This document shows positions 51,101 to 64,000 of a DNA stretch of 64,000 nucleotides, piece after piece. The stretch comes from Eledone cirrhosa (taxonomy: Eukaryota): the NCBI GenBank assembly GCA_964016885.1, contig OZ024740.1, positions 31,310,001 through 31,374,000 on the forward strand, written 5' to 3'. Position numbers and translations under genes: made by a program. Numbering within the stretch: position 1 is the stretch's first letter; each line of letters starts with the position of its first letter. The notes beneath the pieces are model-generated. The model had not been told where the DNA came from and did no database searches. It was given only the letters and a program-made list of their open reading frames with translations.

Positions 51101-54100
51101 TGTCTCCATCATCTGGTCAACAGACATACTGTCTCCATCCTCTGGTCAACAGACATACTGTCTCCACCCTCTGGTCCACAGACATACTGTCTCCTCCCTC
51201 TGGTCCACAGACATACTGTCTCCTCCCTCTGGTCCACAGACATACTGTCTCCTTCCTCTGGTCCACAGACATACTGTCTCCATCCTCTGGTCAACAGACA
51301 TACTGTCTCCACCCTCTGGTCCACAGACATACTGTCTCCTCCCTCTGGTCCACAGACATACTGACTCATCCCTCTGGTCCACAGACATACTGTCTCCTTC
51401 CCCTGGTCCACAGACATACTGTCTCCATCCTCTGGTCCACAGACATACTGTCTCCATCCTCTGGTCCACAGACATACTGTCTCCTTCCTCTGGTCCACAG
51501 ACATACTGTCTCCTTCCCCTGGTCCACAGACATACTGTCTCCATCCTCTGGTCCACAGACATACTGTCTCCTCCCTCTGGTCCACAGACATACTGTCTCC
51601 TCCCTCTGGTCCACAGACATACTGTCTCCTCCCTCTGGTCCACAGACATACTGTCTCCTTCCTCTGGTCCACAGACATACTGTCTCCATCCTCTGGTCAA
51701 CAGACATACTGTCTCCATCCTCTGGTCAACAGACATACTGTCTCCATCCTCTGGTCCACAGAATACTGTCTCCACCCTCTGGTCCACAGACATACTGTCT
51801 CCTCCCTCTGGTCCACAGACATACTGTCTCCTTCCTCTGTTCCACAGACATGCTGTCTCCTCCCTCTGGTCCACAGACATACTGTCTCCTCCCTCTGGTC
51901 CACAGACATACTGTCTCCATCCTCTGGTCCACAGACATACTGTCTCCTCCCTCTATTCCACAGACATGCTGTCTCCTCCCTCTGGTCCACAGTCATACTG
52001 TCTCCATCCTCTCGTCCACAGACATACTGTCTCCTCCCTCTGGTCCACAGACATACTGTCTCCTTCCTCTGGTCCACAGACATACTGTCTCCTCCCTCTG
52101 GACCACAGACATACTGTCTCCATCCTCTGGTCCACAGACATACTGTCTCCTTCCTCTGGTCAACAGACATACTGTCTCCTCCCTCTGGTCCACAGACATA
52201 CTGTCTCCTTCCTCTGGTCCACAGACATACTGTCTCCTCCCTCTGGTCCACAGACATAATGTCTCCTTCCTCTGGTTCACAGACATACTGTCTCCTCCCT
52301 CTGGTCCACAGACATACTGTCTCCATCCTCTGGTCCACAGACATACTGTCTCCTTCCTCTGGTCAACAGACATACTCTCTCCATCCTCTGGTCCACAGAC
52401 ATACTGTCTCCTCCCTCTGGTCCACAGACATACTGTCTCCTTCCTCTGGTCCACAGACATACTGTCTCCTCCCTCTGGTCCACAGACATACTGTCTCCAT
52501 CCTCTGGTCCACAGACATACTGTCTACTACCTCTGGTCCACAGACATACTGTCTCCTCCCTCTGGTCCACAGACATACTCTCTCCTCCCTCTGGTCCACA
52601 GGCATACTGTCTCCTCCCTCTGGTCCACAGACATACTGTCTCCTTCCTCTGGTCCACAGACATACTGTCTCCTTCCCCTGGTCCACAGACATACTGTCTC
52701 CATCCTCTGGTCCACAGACATACTGTCTCCATCCTCTGGTCCACAGACATACTGTCTCCTACCTCTGGTCCACAGACATACTGTCTCCTCCCTCTGGTCC
52801 ACAGACATACTGTCTCCTCCCTCTGGTCCACAGACATACTGTCTCCTCCCTCTGGTCCACAGACATACTGTCTCCTTCCTCTGGTCCACAGACATACTGT
52901 CTCCCCCCTCTGGTCCACAGACATACTGTCTCCATCCTCTGCTCCACAGACATACTGTCTCCATCCTCTGGTCCACAGACATACTGTCTCCATCCTCTGG
53001 TCCACAGAATACTGTCTCCTACCTCTGGTTCACAGACATACTGTCTCCATCCTCTGGTCCACAGACATACTGTCTCCTACCTCTGGTCCACAGACATACT
53101 GTCTCCTTCCCCTGGTCCACAGACATACTGTCTCCATCCTCTGGTCCACAGACATACTGTCTCCTACCTCTGGTCCACAGACATACTGTCTCCTCCCTCT
53201 GGTCCACAGACATACTGTCTCCTCCCTCTGGTCCACAGACATACTGTCTCCTCCCTCTGGTCCACAGACATACTGTCTCCATCCTCTGGTCCACAGACAT
53301 ACTGTCTCCTACCTCTGGTTCACAGACATACTGTCTCCATCCTCTGGTCCACAGACATACTGTCTCCTCCCTCTGGTCCACAGACATACTGTCTCCTACC
53401 TCTGGTTCACAGACATACTGTCTCCATCCTCTGGTCCACAGACATACTGTCTCCTACCTCTGGTCCACAGACATACTGTCTCCTTCCCCTGGTCCACAGA
53501 CATACTATCTCCATCCTCTGGTCCACAGACATACTGTCTCCTCCCTCTGGTCCACAGACATACTGTCTCCTACCTCTGGTCCACAGACATACTGTCTACA
53601 TCCTCTGGTCCACAGACATACTGTCTCCTTCCTCTGGTCCACAGACATACTGTCTCCTTCCTCTGGTCCACAGACATACTGTCTCCATCCTCTGGTCCAC
53701 AGACATACTGTCTCCTCCCTCTGGTCCACAGACATACTGTCTCCTCCCTCTGGTCCACAGACATACTGTCTCCTCCATCTGGTCCACAGACATACTGTCT
53801 CCTTCCTCTGGTCCACAGACATACTGTCCCCTCCCTCTGGTCCACAGACATACTGTCTCCATCCTCTGGTCCACAGACATACTGTCTCCTTCCTCTGGTC
53901 CACAGACATACTGTCTCCTCCCTCTGGTCCACAGACATACTGTCTCCTCCCTCTGGTCCACAGACATACTGTCTCCTCCCTCTGGTCCACAGCCATACTG
54001 TCTCCATCCTCTGGTCCACAGACATACTGTCTCCTTCCCCTGCTCCACAGACATACTGTCTCCATCCTCTGGTCCACAGACATACTGTCTCCTCCCTCTG

Positions 54101-57100
54101 GTCCACAGACATACTGTCTCCATCCTCTGGTCCACAGACATACTGTCTCCTTCCCCTGGTCCACAGATATACTGTCTCCATCCTCTGGTCCACAGACATA
54201 CTGTCTCCTTCCCCTGGTCCAGAGACACACTGTCTCCTTCCTCTGGTCCACAGACACACTGTCTCCTCCCTCTGGTCCACAGACATACTGTCTCCTTCCT
54301 CTGGTCCACAGACATACTGTCTCCTCCCTCTGGTCCACAGACATACTGTCTCCCCCCTCTGGTCCACAGACATACTGTCTCCATCCTCTGGTCCACAGAC
54401 ATACTGTCTCCTCCCTCTGGTCCACAGACATACTGTCTCCTTTTTCTGGTCCACAGACATACTGTCTCCTTCCTCTGGTCCACAGACATACTGTCTCCTT
54501 CCTCTGGTCCACAGACATACTGTCTCCTTCCTCTGGTCCACAGACATACTGTCTCCTCCATCTGGTCCACAGACATACTGTCTCCTTCCTCTGGTCCACA
54601 GACATACTGTCCCCTTCCTCTGGTGCACAGACATACTGTCTCCTCCCTCTGGTCCACAGACATACTGTCTCCTCCCTCTGGTCCACAGACATACTGTCTC
54701 CTCCCTCTGGTCCACAGACATACTGTCTCCTCCCTCTGGTCCACAGACATACTGTCTCCTTCCTCTGGTCCACAGACATACTGTCTCCTTCCTCTGGTCC
54801 ACAGACATACTGTCTCCTCCCTCTGGTCCACAGACATACTGTCTCCTCCCTCTGGTCCACAGACATACTGTCTCCTCCCTCTGGTCCACAGACATACTGT
54901 CTCCTTCCTCTGGTCCACAGACATACTGTCTCCTCCCTCTGGTCCACAGACATACTGTCTCCATCCTCTGGTCCACAGACATACTGTCTCCTTCCTCTGG
55001 TCCACAGACATACTGTCTCCTCCCTCTGGTCCACAGACATACTGTCTCCTTCCTCTGGTCCACAGACATACTGTCTCCTTCCTCTGGTCCACAGACATAC
55101 TGTCTCCTCCCTCTGGTCCACAGACATACTGTCTCCTCCCTCTGGTCCACAGACATACTGTCTCCTCCCTCTGGTCCACAGACATACTGTCTCCTTCCTC
55201 TGGTCCACAGACATACTGTCTCCTCCCTCTGGTCCACAGACATACTGTCTCCATCCTCTGGTCCACAGACATACTGTCTCCTTCCCCTGGTCCACAGACA
55301 TACTGTCTCCATCCTCTGGTCCACAGACATACTGTCTCCTTCCCCTGGTCCACAGACATACTGTCTCCTTCCTCTGGTCCACAGACACACTGTCTCCTTC
55401 CTCTGGTCCACAGACACACTGTCTCCTCCCTCTGGTCCACAGACATACTGTCTCCTCCCTCTGGTCCACAGTCATAATATCTCCTTCCCCTGGTCCACAG
55501 ACATACTGTCTCCTTCCTCTGGTCCACAGACACACTGTCTCCTTCCTCTGGTCCACAGACACACTGTCTCCTCCCTCTGGTTCACAGACATATGGTCTCC
55601 TTCCTCTGGTCCACAGACATACTGTCTCCTCCCTCTGGTCCACAGACATACTGTCTCCTCCCTCTGGTCCACAGACATACTGTCTCCTCCCTCTGGTCCA
55701 CAGACATACTGTCTCCTTCCTCTGGTCCACAGACATACTGTCTCCATCCTCTGGTCAACAGACATACTGTCTCCACCCTCTGGTCCACAGACATACTGTC
55801 TCCATCCTCTGGTCCACAGACATACTGTCTCCTCCCTCTGGTCCACAGACATACTGTCTCCTTCCTCTGGTCCACAGACATACTGTCTCCATCCTCTGGT
55901 CAACAGACATACTGTCTCCATCCTCTGGTCAACAGACATACTGTCTCCACCCTCTGGTCCACAGACATACTGTCTCCTCCCTCTGGTCCACAGACATACT
56001 GTCTCCTCCCTCTGGTCCACAGACATACTGTCTCCTTCCTCTGGTCCACAGACATACTGTCTCCATCCTCTGGTCAACGGACATACTGTCTCCACCCTCT
56101 GGTCCACAGACATACTGTCTCCTCCCTCTGGTCCACAGACATACTGACTCATCCCTCTGGTCCACAGACATACTGTCTCCTTCCCCTGGTCCACAGACAT
56201 ACTGTCTCCATCCTCTGGTCCACAGACATACTGTCTCCATCCTCTGGTCCACAGACATACTGTCTCCTTCCTCTGGTCCACAGACATACTGTCTCCTTCC
56301 CCTGGTCCACAGACATACTGTCTCCATCCTCTGGTCCACAGACATACTGTCTCCTCCCTCTGGTCCACAGACATACTGTCTCCTCCCTCTGGTCCACAGA
56401 CATACTGTCTCCTCCCTCTGGTCCACAGACATACTGTCTCCATCCTCTGGTTCACAGACATACTGTCTCCTCCCTCTGGTCCACAGACATACTGTCTCCA
56501 TCCTCTGGTCCACAGACATACTGTCTCCTCCCTCTATTCCACAGACATGCTGTCTCCTCCCTCTGGTCCACAGTCATACTGTCTCCATCCTCTCGTCCAC
56601 AGACATACTGTCTCCTCCCTCTGGTCCACAGACATACTGTCTCCTTCCTCTGGTCCACAGACATACTGTCTCCTCCCTCTGGTCCACAGACATACTGTCT
56701 CCATCCTCTGGTCCACAGACATACTGTCTCCTTCCTCTGGTCAACAGACATACTGTCTCCTCCCTCTGGTCCACAGACATACTGTCTCCTTCCTCTGGTC
56801 CACAGACATACTGTCTCCTCCCTCTGGTCCACAGACATACTGTCTCCTTCCTCTGGTTCACAGACATACTGTCTCCTCCCTCTGGTCCACAGACATACTG
56901 TCTCCATCCTCTGGTCCACAGACATACTGTCTCCTTCCTCTGGTCAACAGACATACTGTCTCCATCCTCTGGTCCACAGACATACTGTCTCCTCCCTCTG
57001 GTCCACAGACATACTGTCTCCTCCCTCTGGTCCACAGACATACTGTCTCCCCCCTCTGGTCCACAGACATACTGTCTCCATCCTCTGGTTCACAGACATA

Positions 57101-60100
57101 CTGTCTCCTCCCTCTGGTCCACAGACATACTGTCTCCATCCTCTGGTCCACAGACATACTGTCTCCTCCCTCTGGTCCACAGACATACTGTCTCCATCCT
57201 CTGGTCCACAGACATACTGTCTCCATCCTCTGGTCCACAGACATACTGTCTCCTACCTCTGGTTCACAGACATACTGTCTCCATCCTCTGGTCCACAGAC
57301 ATACTGTCTCCTTCCTCTGGTCCACAGACATACTGTCTCCTCCCTCTGGTCCACAGACATACTGTCTCCATCCTCTGGTCCACAGACATACTGTCTCCTA
57401 CCTCTGGTCCACAGACATACTGTCTCCTCCCTCTGGTCCATGGACATACTGTCTCCTCCCTCTGGTCCACAGACATACTGTCTCCATCCTCTGGTTCACA
57501 GACATACTGTCTCCTCCCTCTGGTCCACAGACATACTGTCTCCATCCTCTGGTCCACAGACATACTGTCTCCTCCCTCTGGTCCACAGACATACTGTCTC
57601 CATCCTCTGGTCCACAGACATACTGTCTCCTTCCTCTGGTCCACAGACATACTGTCTCCTCCCTCTGGTCCACAGACATACTGTCTCCATCCTCTGGTCC
57701 ACAGACATACTGTCTCCTCCCTCTGGTCCACAGACATACTGTCTCCATCCTCTGGTCCACAGACATACTGTCTCCTCCCTCTGGTCCACAGACATACTGT
57801 CTCCATCCTCTGGTCCACAGACATACTGTCTCCTACCTCTGGTCCACAGACATACTGTCTCCTCCCTCTGGTCCACAGACATACTGTCTCCTCCCTCTGG
57901 TCCACAGACATACTGTCTCCTCCCTCTGGTCCACAGACATACTGTCTCCTTCCTCTGGTCCACAGACATACTGTCTCCTTCCCCTGGTCCACAGACATAC
58001 TGTCTCCATCCTCTGGTCCACAGACATACTGTCTCCATCCTCTGGTCCACAGACATACTGTCTCCTACCTCTGGTCCACAGACATACTGTCTCCTCCCTC
58101 TGGTCCACAGACATACTGTCTCCTTCCTCTGGTCCACAGACATACTGTCTCCTCCCTCTGGTCCACAGACATACTGTCTCCTTCCTCTGGTCCACAGACA
58201 TACTGTCTCCCCCCTCTGGTCCACAGACATACTGTCTCCATCCTCTGGTCCACAGACATACTGTCTCCTCCCTCTGGTCCACAGACATACTGTCTCCTAC
58301 CTCTGGTCCACAGACATACTGTCTCCTCCCTCTGGTCCACAGACATACTCTCTCCATCCTCTGGTCCACAGACATACTGTCTACATCCTCTGGTCCACAG
58401 ACATACTGTCTCCTTCCTCTGGTCCACAGACATACTGTCTCCTCCCTCTGGTCCACAGACATACTGTCTCCTCCCTCTGGTCCACAGACATACTGTCTCC
58501 ATCCTCTGGTCCACAGACATACTGTCTCCATCCTCTGGTCCACAGACATACTGTCTACATCCTCTGGTCCACAGAGATACTGTCTCCTTCCTCTGGTCCA
58601 CAGACATACTGTCTCCTCCCTCTGGTCCACAGACATACTGTCTCCTCCCTCTGGTCCACAGACATACTGTCTCCTTCCTCTGGTCCACAGACATACTGTC
58701 TCCTCCCTCTGGTCCACAGACATACTGTCTCCTCCCTCTGGTCCACAGACATACTGTCTCCTCCCTCTGGTCCACAGACACACTGTCTCCATCCTCTGGT
58801 CCACAGACATACTGTCTCCTTCCTCTGGTCCACAGACATACTGTCTCCATCCTCTGGTCCACAGACATACTGTCTCCTTCCTCTGGTCCACAGACATACT
58901 GTCTCCATCCTCTGGTCCACAGACATACTGTCTCCATCCTCTGGTCCACAGACATACTGTCTACATCCTCTGGTCCATAGACATACTGTCTCCTTCCTCT
59001 GGTCCACAGACATACTGTCTCCTCCCTCTGGTCCACAGACATACTGTCTCCTCCCTCTGGTCCACAGACATACTGTCTCTTCCCTCTGGTCCACAGACAT
59101 ACTGTCTCCTCACTCTGGTCCACAGACATACTGTCTCCTTCCTCTGGTCCACAGACATACTGTCTCCTCCCTCTGGTCCACAGACATACTGTCTCCTCCC
59201 TCTGGTCCACAGACATACTGTCTCCATCCTCTGGTCCACAGACATACTGTCTCCATCCTCTGGTCCACAGATATACTGTCTCCCCCCCCTGGTCCACAGA
59301 CATACTGTCTCCATCCTCTGGTCCACAGACATACTGTCTCCTTCCTCTAGTCCACAGACATGCTGTCTCCTCCCTCTGGTCCACAGACATACTGTCTCCT
59401 TCCTCTGATCCACAGACATACTGTCTCCTTCCTCTGGTCCACAGAATACTGTCTTCTTCCTCTGGTCCACAGACATACTGTCTCCTTCCTCTGGTCCACA
59501 GACATACTGTCTCCTTCCTCTGGTTCACAGACATACTATCTCCATCCTCTGGTCCACAGACATACTGTCTCCTTCCTCTGATCCACAGACATACTGTCTC
59601 CATCCTCTGGTCCACAGACATACTGTCTCCTCCCTCTGGTCCACAGACATACTGTCTCCTTCCTCTGGTCCACAGACATACTCTCTCCTTCCTCTGGTCC
59701 ACATACATACTGTCTCCTTCCTCTGGTCCACATACATACTGTCTCCTTCCTCTGGTCCACAGACATACTGTCTCCTCCCTCTGGTCCACAGACATACTGT
59801 CTCCTTCCTCTGGTCCACAGACATACGGTCTCCTTCCTCTGGTCCACAGACATACTGTCTCCTCCCTCTGGTGCACAGACATACTGTCTCCTCCCTCTGG
59901 TCCACAGACATACTGTCTCCTCCCTCTGGTCCACAGACATACTGTCTCCTTCCTCTGGTCCACAGACATACTGTCTCCATCCTCTGGTCCACAGACATAC
60001 TGTCTCCTTCCTCTGGTCCACAGACATACTGTCTCCATCCTCTGGTCCACAGACATACTGTCTCCATCCTCTGGTCCACAGACATACTGTCTACATCCTC

Positions 60101-63100
60101 TGGTCCACAGACATACTGTCTCCTTCCTCTGGTCCACAGACATACTGTCTCCTCCCTCTGGTCTACAGACATACTGTCTCCTCCCTCTGGTCCACAGACA
60201 TACTGTCTCTTCCCTCTGGTCCACAGACATACTGTCTCCTCCCTCTGGTCCACAGACATACTGTCTCCTTCCTCTGGTCCACAGACATACTGTCTCCTCC
60301 CTCTGGTCCACAGACATACTGTCTCCTCCCTCTGGTCCACAGACATACTGTCTCCATCCTCTGGTCCACAGACATACTGTCTCCATCCTCTGGTCCACAG
60401 ACATACTGTCTCCCCCCCTGGTCCACAGACATACTGTCTCCATCCTCTGGTCCACAGACATACTGTCTCCTTCCTCTAGTCCACAGACATGCTGTCTCCT
60501 CCCTCTGGTCCACAGACATACTGTCTCCTTCCTCTGATCCACAGACATACTGTCTCCTTCCTCTGGTCCACAGAATACTGTCTTCTTCCTCTGGTCCACA
60601 GACATACTGTCTCCTTCCTCTGGTCCACAGACATACTGTCTCCTTCCTCTGGTTCACAGACATACTATCTCCATCCTCTGGTCCACAGACATACTGTCTC
60701 CTTCCTCTGATCCACAGACATACTGTCTCCATCCTCTGGTCCACAGACATACTGTCTCCTCCCTCTGGTCCACAGACATACTGTCTCCTTCCTCTGGTCC
60801 ACAGACATACTCTCTCCTTCCTCTGGTCCACATACATACTGTCTCCTTCCTCTGGTCCACATACATACTGTCTCCTTCCTCTGGTCCACAGACATACTGT
60901 CTCCTCCCTCTGGTCCACAGACATACTGTCTCCTTCCTCTGGTCCACAGACATACGGTTTCCTTCCTCTGGTGCACAGACATACTGTCTCCTCCCTCTGG
61001 TCCACAGACATACTGTCTCCTCCCTCTGGTCCACAGACATACTGTCTCCTTCCTCTGGTCCACAGACATACTGTCTCCATCCTCTGGTCAACAGACATAC
61101 TGTCACCACCCTCTGGTCCACAGACATACTGTCTCCATCCTCTGGTCCACAGACATACTGTCTCCTCCCTCTGGTCCACAGACATACTGTCTCCTTCCTC
61201 TGGTCCAGAGACACACTGTCTCCTTCCTCTGGTCCACAGACACACTGTCTCCTCCCTCTGGTCCACAGACATACTGTCTCCTTCCTCTGGTCCACAGACA
61301 TACTGTCTCCTCCCTCTGGTCCACAGACATACTGTCTCCCCCCTCTGGTCCACAGACATACTGTCTCCATCCTCTGGTCCACAGACATACTGTCTCCTCC
61401 CTCTGGTCCACAGACATACTGTCTCCTTTTTCTGGTCCACAGACATACTGTCTCCTTCCTCTGGTCCACAGACATACTGTCTCCTTCCTCTGGTCCACAG
61501 ACATACTGTCTCCTCCCTCTGGTCCACAGACATACTGTCTCCTTCCTCTGGTCCACAGACATACTGTCCCCTTCCTCTGGTGCACAGACATACTGTCTCC
61601 TCCCTCTGGTCCACAGACATACTGTCTCCTCCCTCTGGTCCACAGACATACTGTCTCCTCCCTCTGGTCCACAGACATACTGTCTCCTTCCCCTGGTCCA
61701 CAGACATACTGTCTCCTTCCTCTGGTCCACAGACACACTGTCTCCTCCCTCTGGTCCACAGACATACTGTCTCCTCCCTCTGGTCCACAGTCATAATATC
61801 TCCTTCCTCTGGTCCACAGACATACTGTCTCCTTCCCCTGGTCCACAGACATACTGTCTCCTTCCTCTGGTCCACAGACATACTGTCTCCTTCCTCTGGT
61901 CCACAGACATACTGTCTCCTCCCTCTGGTCCACAGACATACTGTCTCCTCCCTCTGGTCCACAGACATACTGTCTCCTCCCTCTGGTCCACAGACATACT
62001 GTCTCCTTCCTCTGGTCCACAGACATACTGTCTCCTCCCTCTGGTCCACAGACATACTGTCTCCATCCTCTGGTCCACAGACATACTGTCTCCTTCCCCT
62101 GGTCCACAGACATACTGTCTCCATCCTCTGGTCCACAGACATACTGTCTCCTTCCCCTGGTCCACAGACATACTGTCTCCTTCCTCTGGTCCACAGACAC
62201 ACTGTCTCCTTCCTCTGGTCCACAGACACACTGTCTCCTCCCTCTGGTCCACAGACATACTGTCTCCTCCCTCTGGTCCACAGTCATAATATCTCCTTCC
62301 CCTGGTCCACAGACATACTGTCTCCTTCCTCTGGTCCACAGACACACTGTCTCCTTCCTCTGGTCCACAGACACACTGTCTCCTCCCTCTGGTTCACAGA
62401 CATATGGTCTCCTTCCTCTGGTCCACAGACATACTGTCTCCTCCCTCTGGTCCACAGACATACTGTCTCCTCCCTCTGGTCCACAGACATACTGTCTCCT
62501 CCCTCTGGTCCACAGACATACTGTCTCCTTCCTCTGGTCCACAGACATACTGTCTCCATCCTCTGGTCAACAGACATACTGTCTCCACCCTCTGGTCCAC
62601 AGACATACTGTCTCCATCCTCTGGTCCACAGACATACTGTCTCCTCCCTCTGGTCCACAGACATACTGTCTCCTTCCTCTGGTCCACAGACATACTGTCT
62701 CCATCCTCTGGTCCACAGACATACTGTCTCCATCCTCTGGTCAACAGACATACTGTCTCCACCCTCTGGTCCACAGACATACTGTCTCCTCCCTCTGGTC
62801 CACAGACATACTGTCTCCTCCCTCTGGTCCACAGACATACTGTCTCCTTCCTCTGGTCCACAGACATACTGTCTCCATCCTCTGGTCAACGGACATACTG
62901 TCTCCACCCTCTGGTCCACAGACATACTGTCTCCTCCCTCTGGTCCACAGACATACTGACTCATCCCTCTGGTCCACAGACATACTGTCTCCTTCCCCTG
63001 GTCCACAGACATACTGTCTCCATCCTCTGGTCCACAGACATACTGTCTCCATCCTCTGGTCCACAGACATACTGTCTCCTTCCTCTGGTCCACAGACATA

Positions 63101-64000
63101 CTGTCTCCTTCCCCTGGTCCACAGACATACTGTCTCCATCCTCTGGTCCACAGACATACTGTCTCCTCCCTCTGGTCCACAGACATACTGTCTCCTCCCT
63201 CTGGTCCACAGACATACTGTCTCCTCCCTCTGGTCCACAGACATACTGTCTCCATCCTCTGGTTCACAGACATACTGTCTCCTCCCTCTGGTCCACAGAC
63301 ATACTGTCTCCATCCTCTGGTCCACAGACATACTGTCTCCTCCCTCTATTCCACAGACATGCTGTCTCCTCCCTCTGGTCCACAGTCATACTGTCTCCAT
63401 CCTCTCGTCCACAGACATACTGTCTCCTTCCTCTGGTCCACAGACATACTGTCTCCTCCCTCTGGTCCACAGACATACTGTCTCCATCCTCTGGTCCACA
63501 GACATACTGTCTCCTTCCTCTGGTCAACAGACATACTGTCTCCTCCCTCTGGTCCACAGACATACTGTCTCCTTCCTCTGGTCCACAGACATACTGTCTC
63601 CTCCCTCTGGTCCACAGACATACTGTCTCCTTCCTCTGGTTCACAGACATACTGTCTCCTCCCTCTGGTCCACAGACATACTGTCTCCATCCTCTGGTCC
63701 ACAGACATACTGTCTCCTTCCTCTGGTCAACAGACATACTGTTTCCATCCTCTGGTCCACAGACATACTGTCTCCTCCCTCTGGTCCACAGACATACTGT
63801 CTCCTCCCTCTGGTCCACAGACATACTGTCTCCCCCCTCTGGTCCACAGACATACTGTCTCCATCCTCTGGTTCACAGACATACTGTCTCCTCCCTCTGG
63901 TCCACAGACATACTGTCTCCATCCTCTGGTCCACAGACATACTGTCTCCTCCCTCTGGTCCACAGACATACTGTCTCCATCCTCTGGTCCACAGACATAC
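24190..64000. repeat. Giant 29-bp minisatellite array (~1,370 units, runs off the window)
   Basis: Uninterrupted tandem CTCTGGTCCACAGACATACTGTCTCC[AT/TT/TC]C with rare substitution and indel variants. There are no unique spacers. Confidence 0.99.

Noticed and set aside
24135-63969. Hundreds of long ORFs (up to 4611 aa) on both strands, with repeats LWSTDILSPSSGPQTYCLLPLVHRHTVS and MSVDQRKETVCLWTRGRRQYVCGPEEGDS
   Set aside because: The 29-bp consensus contains no TAA/TAG/TGA or their complements, so all six frames are open by default. Stop-creating and frameshifting variants are scattered and amplified freely, which shows no coding constraint.
24190-64000. CRISPR array
   Set aside because: The units are directly tandem with only a 2-3 nt variable site. 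There are no unique spacers or cas genes, and the context is eukaryotic.
24190-64000. Steroid-response or p53 elements in the monomer
   Set aside because: AGACA-N3-TGTCT lacks the 6-bp AGAACA half-site, and only rare AGACATGCTG variants approach RRRCWWGYYY.

Overview
Eukaryotic, AT-rich, repeat-dense animal DNA. The microsatellite, LINE and SINE content suggests a cephalopod or other mollusc (Octopus-like), but this is inference. Bases 1-24.2 kb are mostly intronic and hold five + strand exons that splice in frame into an ankyrin-repeat protein resembling ANKRD60; its 5' exons were not found in the window. The exons are interleaved with decayed RTE, CR1-like and CRE-like (restriction-like endonuclease) LINE fragments, tRNA-derived SINEs, non-autonomous Helitrons, an internally deleted mariner with ~100-bp TIRs, two possible solo LTRs and two decayed Penelope-type hammerhead ribozyme motifs. 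From ~24,190 to the window end (~39.8 kb, ~1,370 units, continuing beyond) is one 29-bp minisatellite, CTCTGGTCCACAGACATACTGTCTCC[AT/TT/TC]C. It has an interspersed variant code, nested higher-order duplications of 0.5-9.7 kb and an internal AGACA-N3-TGTCT palindrome. Its consensus has no stop codon on either strand, which explains the hundreds of spurious ORFs. It starts ~20 bp after the putative stop of the ANKRD60-like gene.
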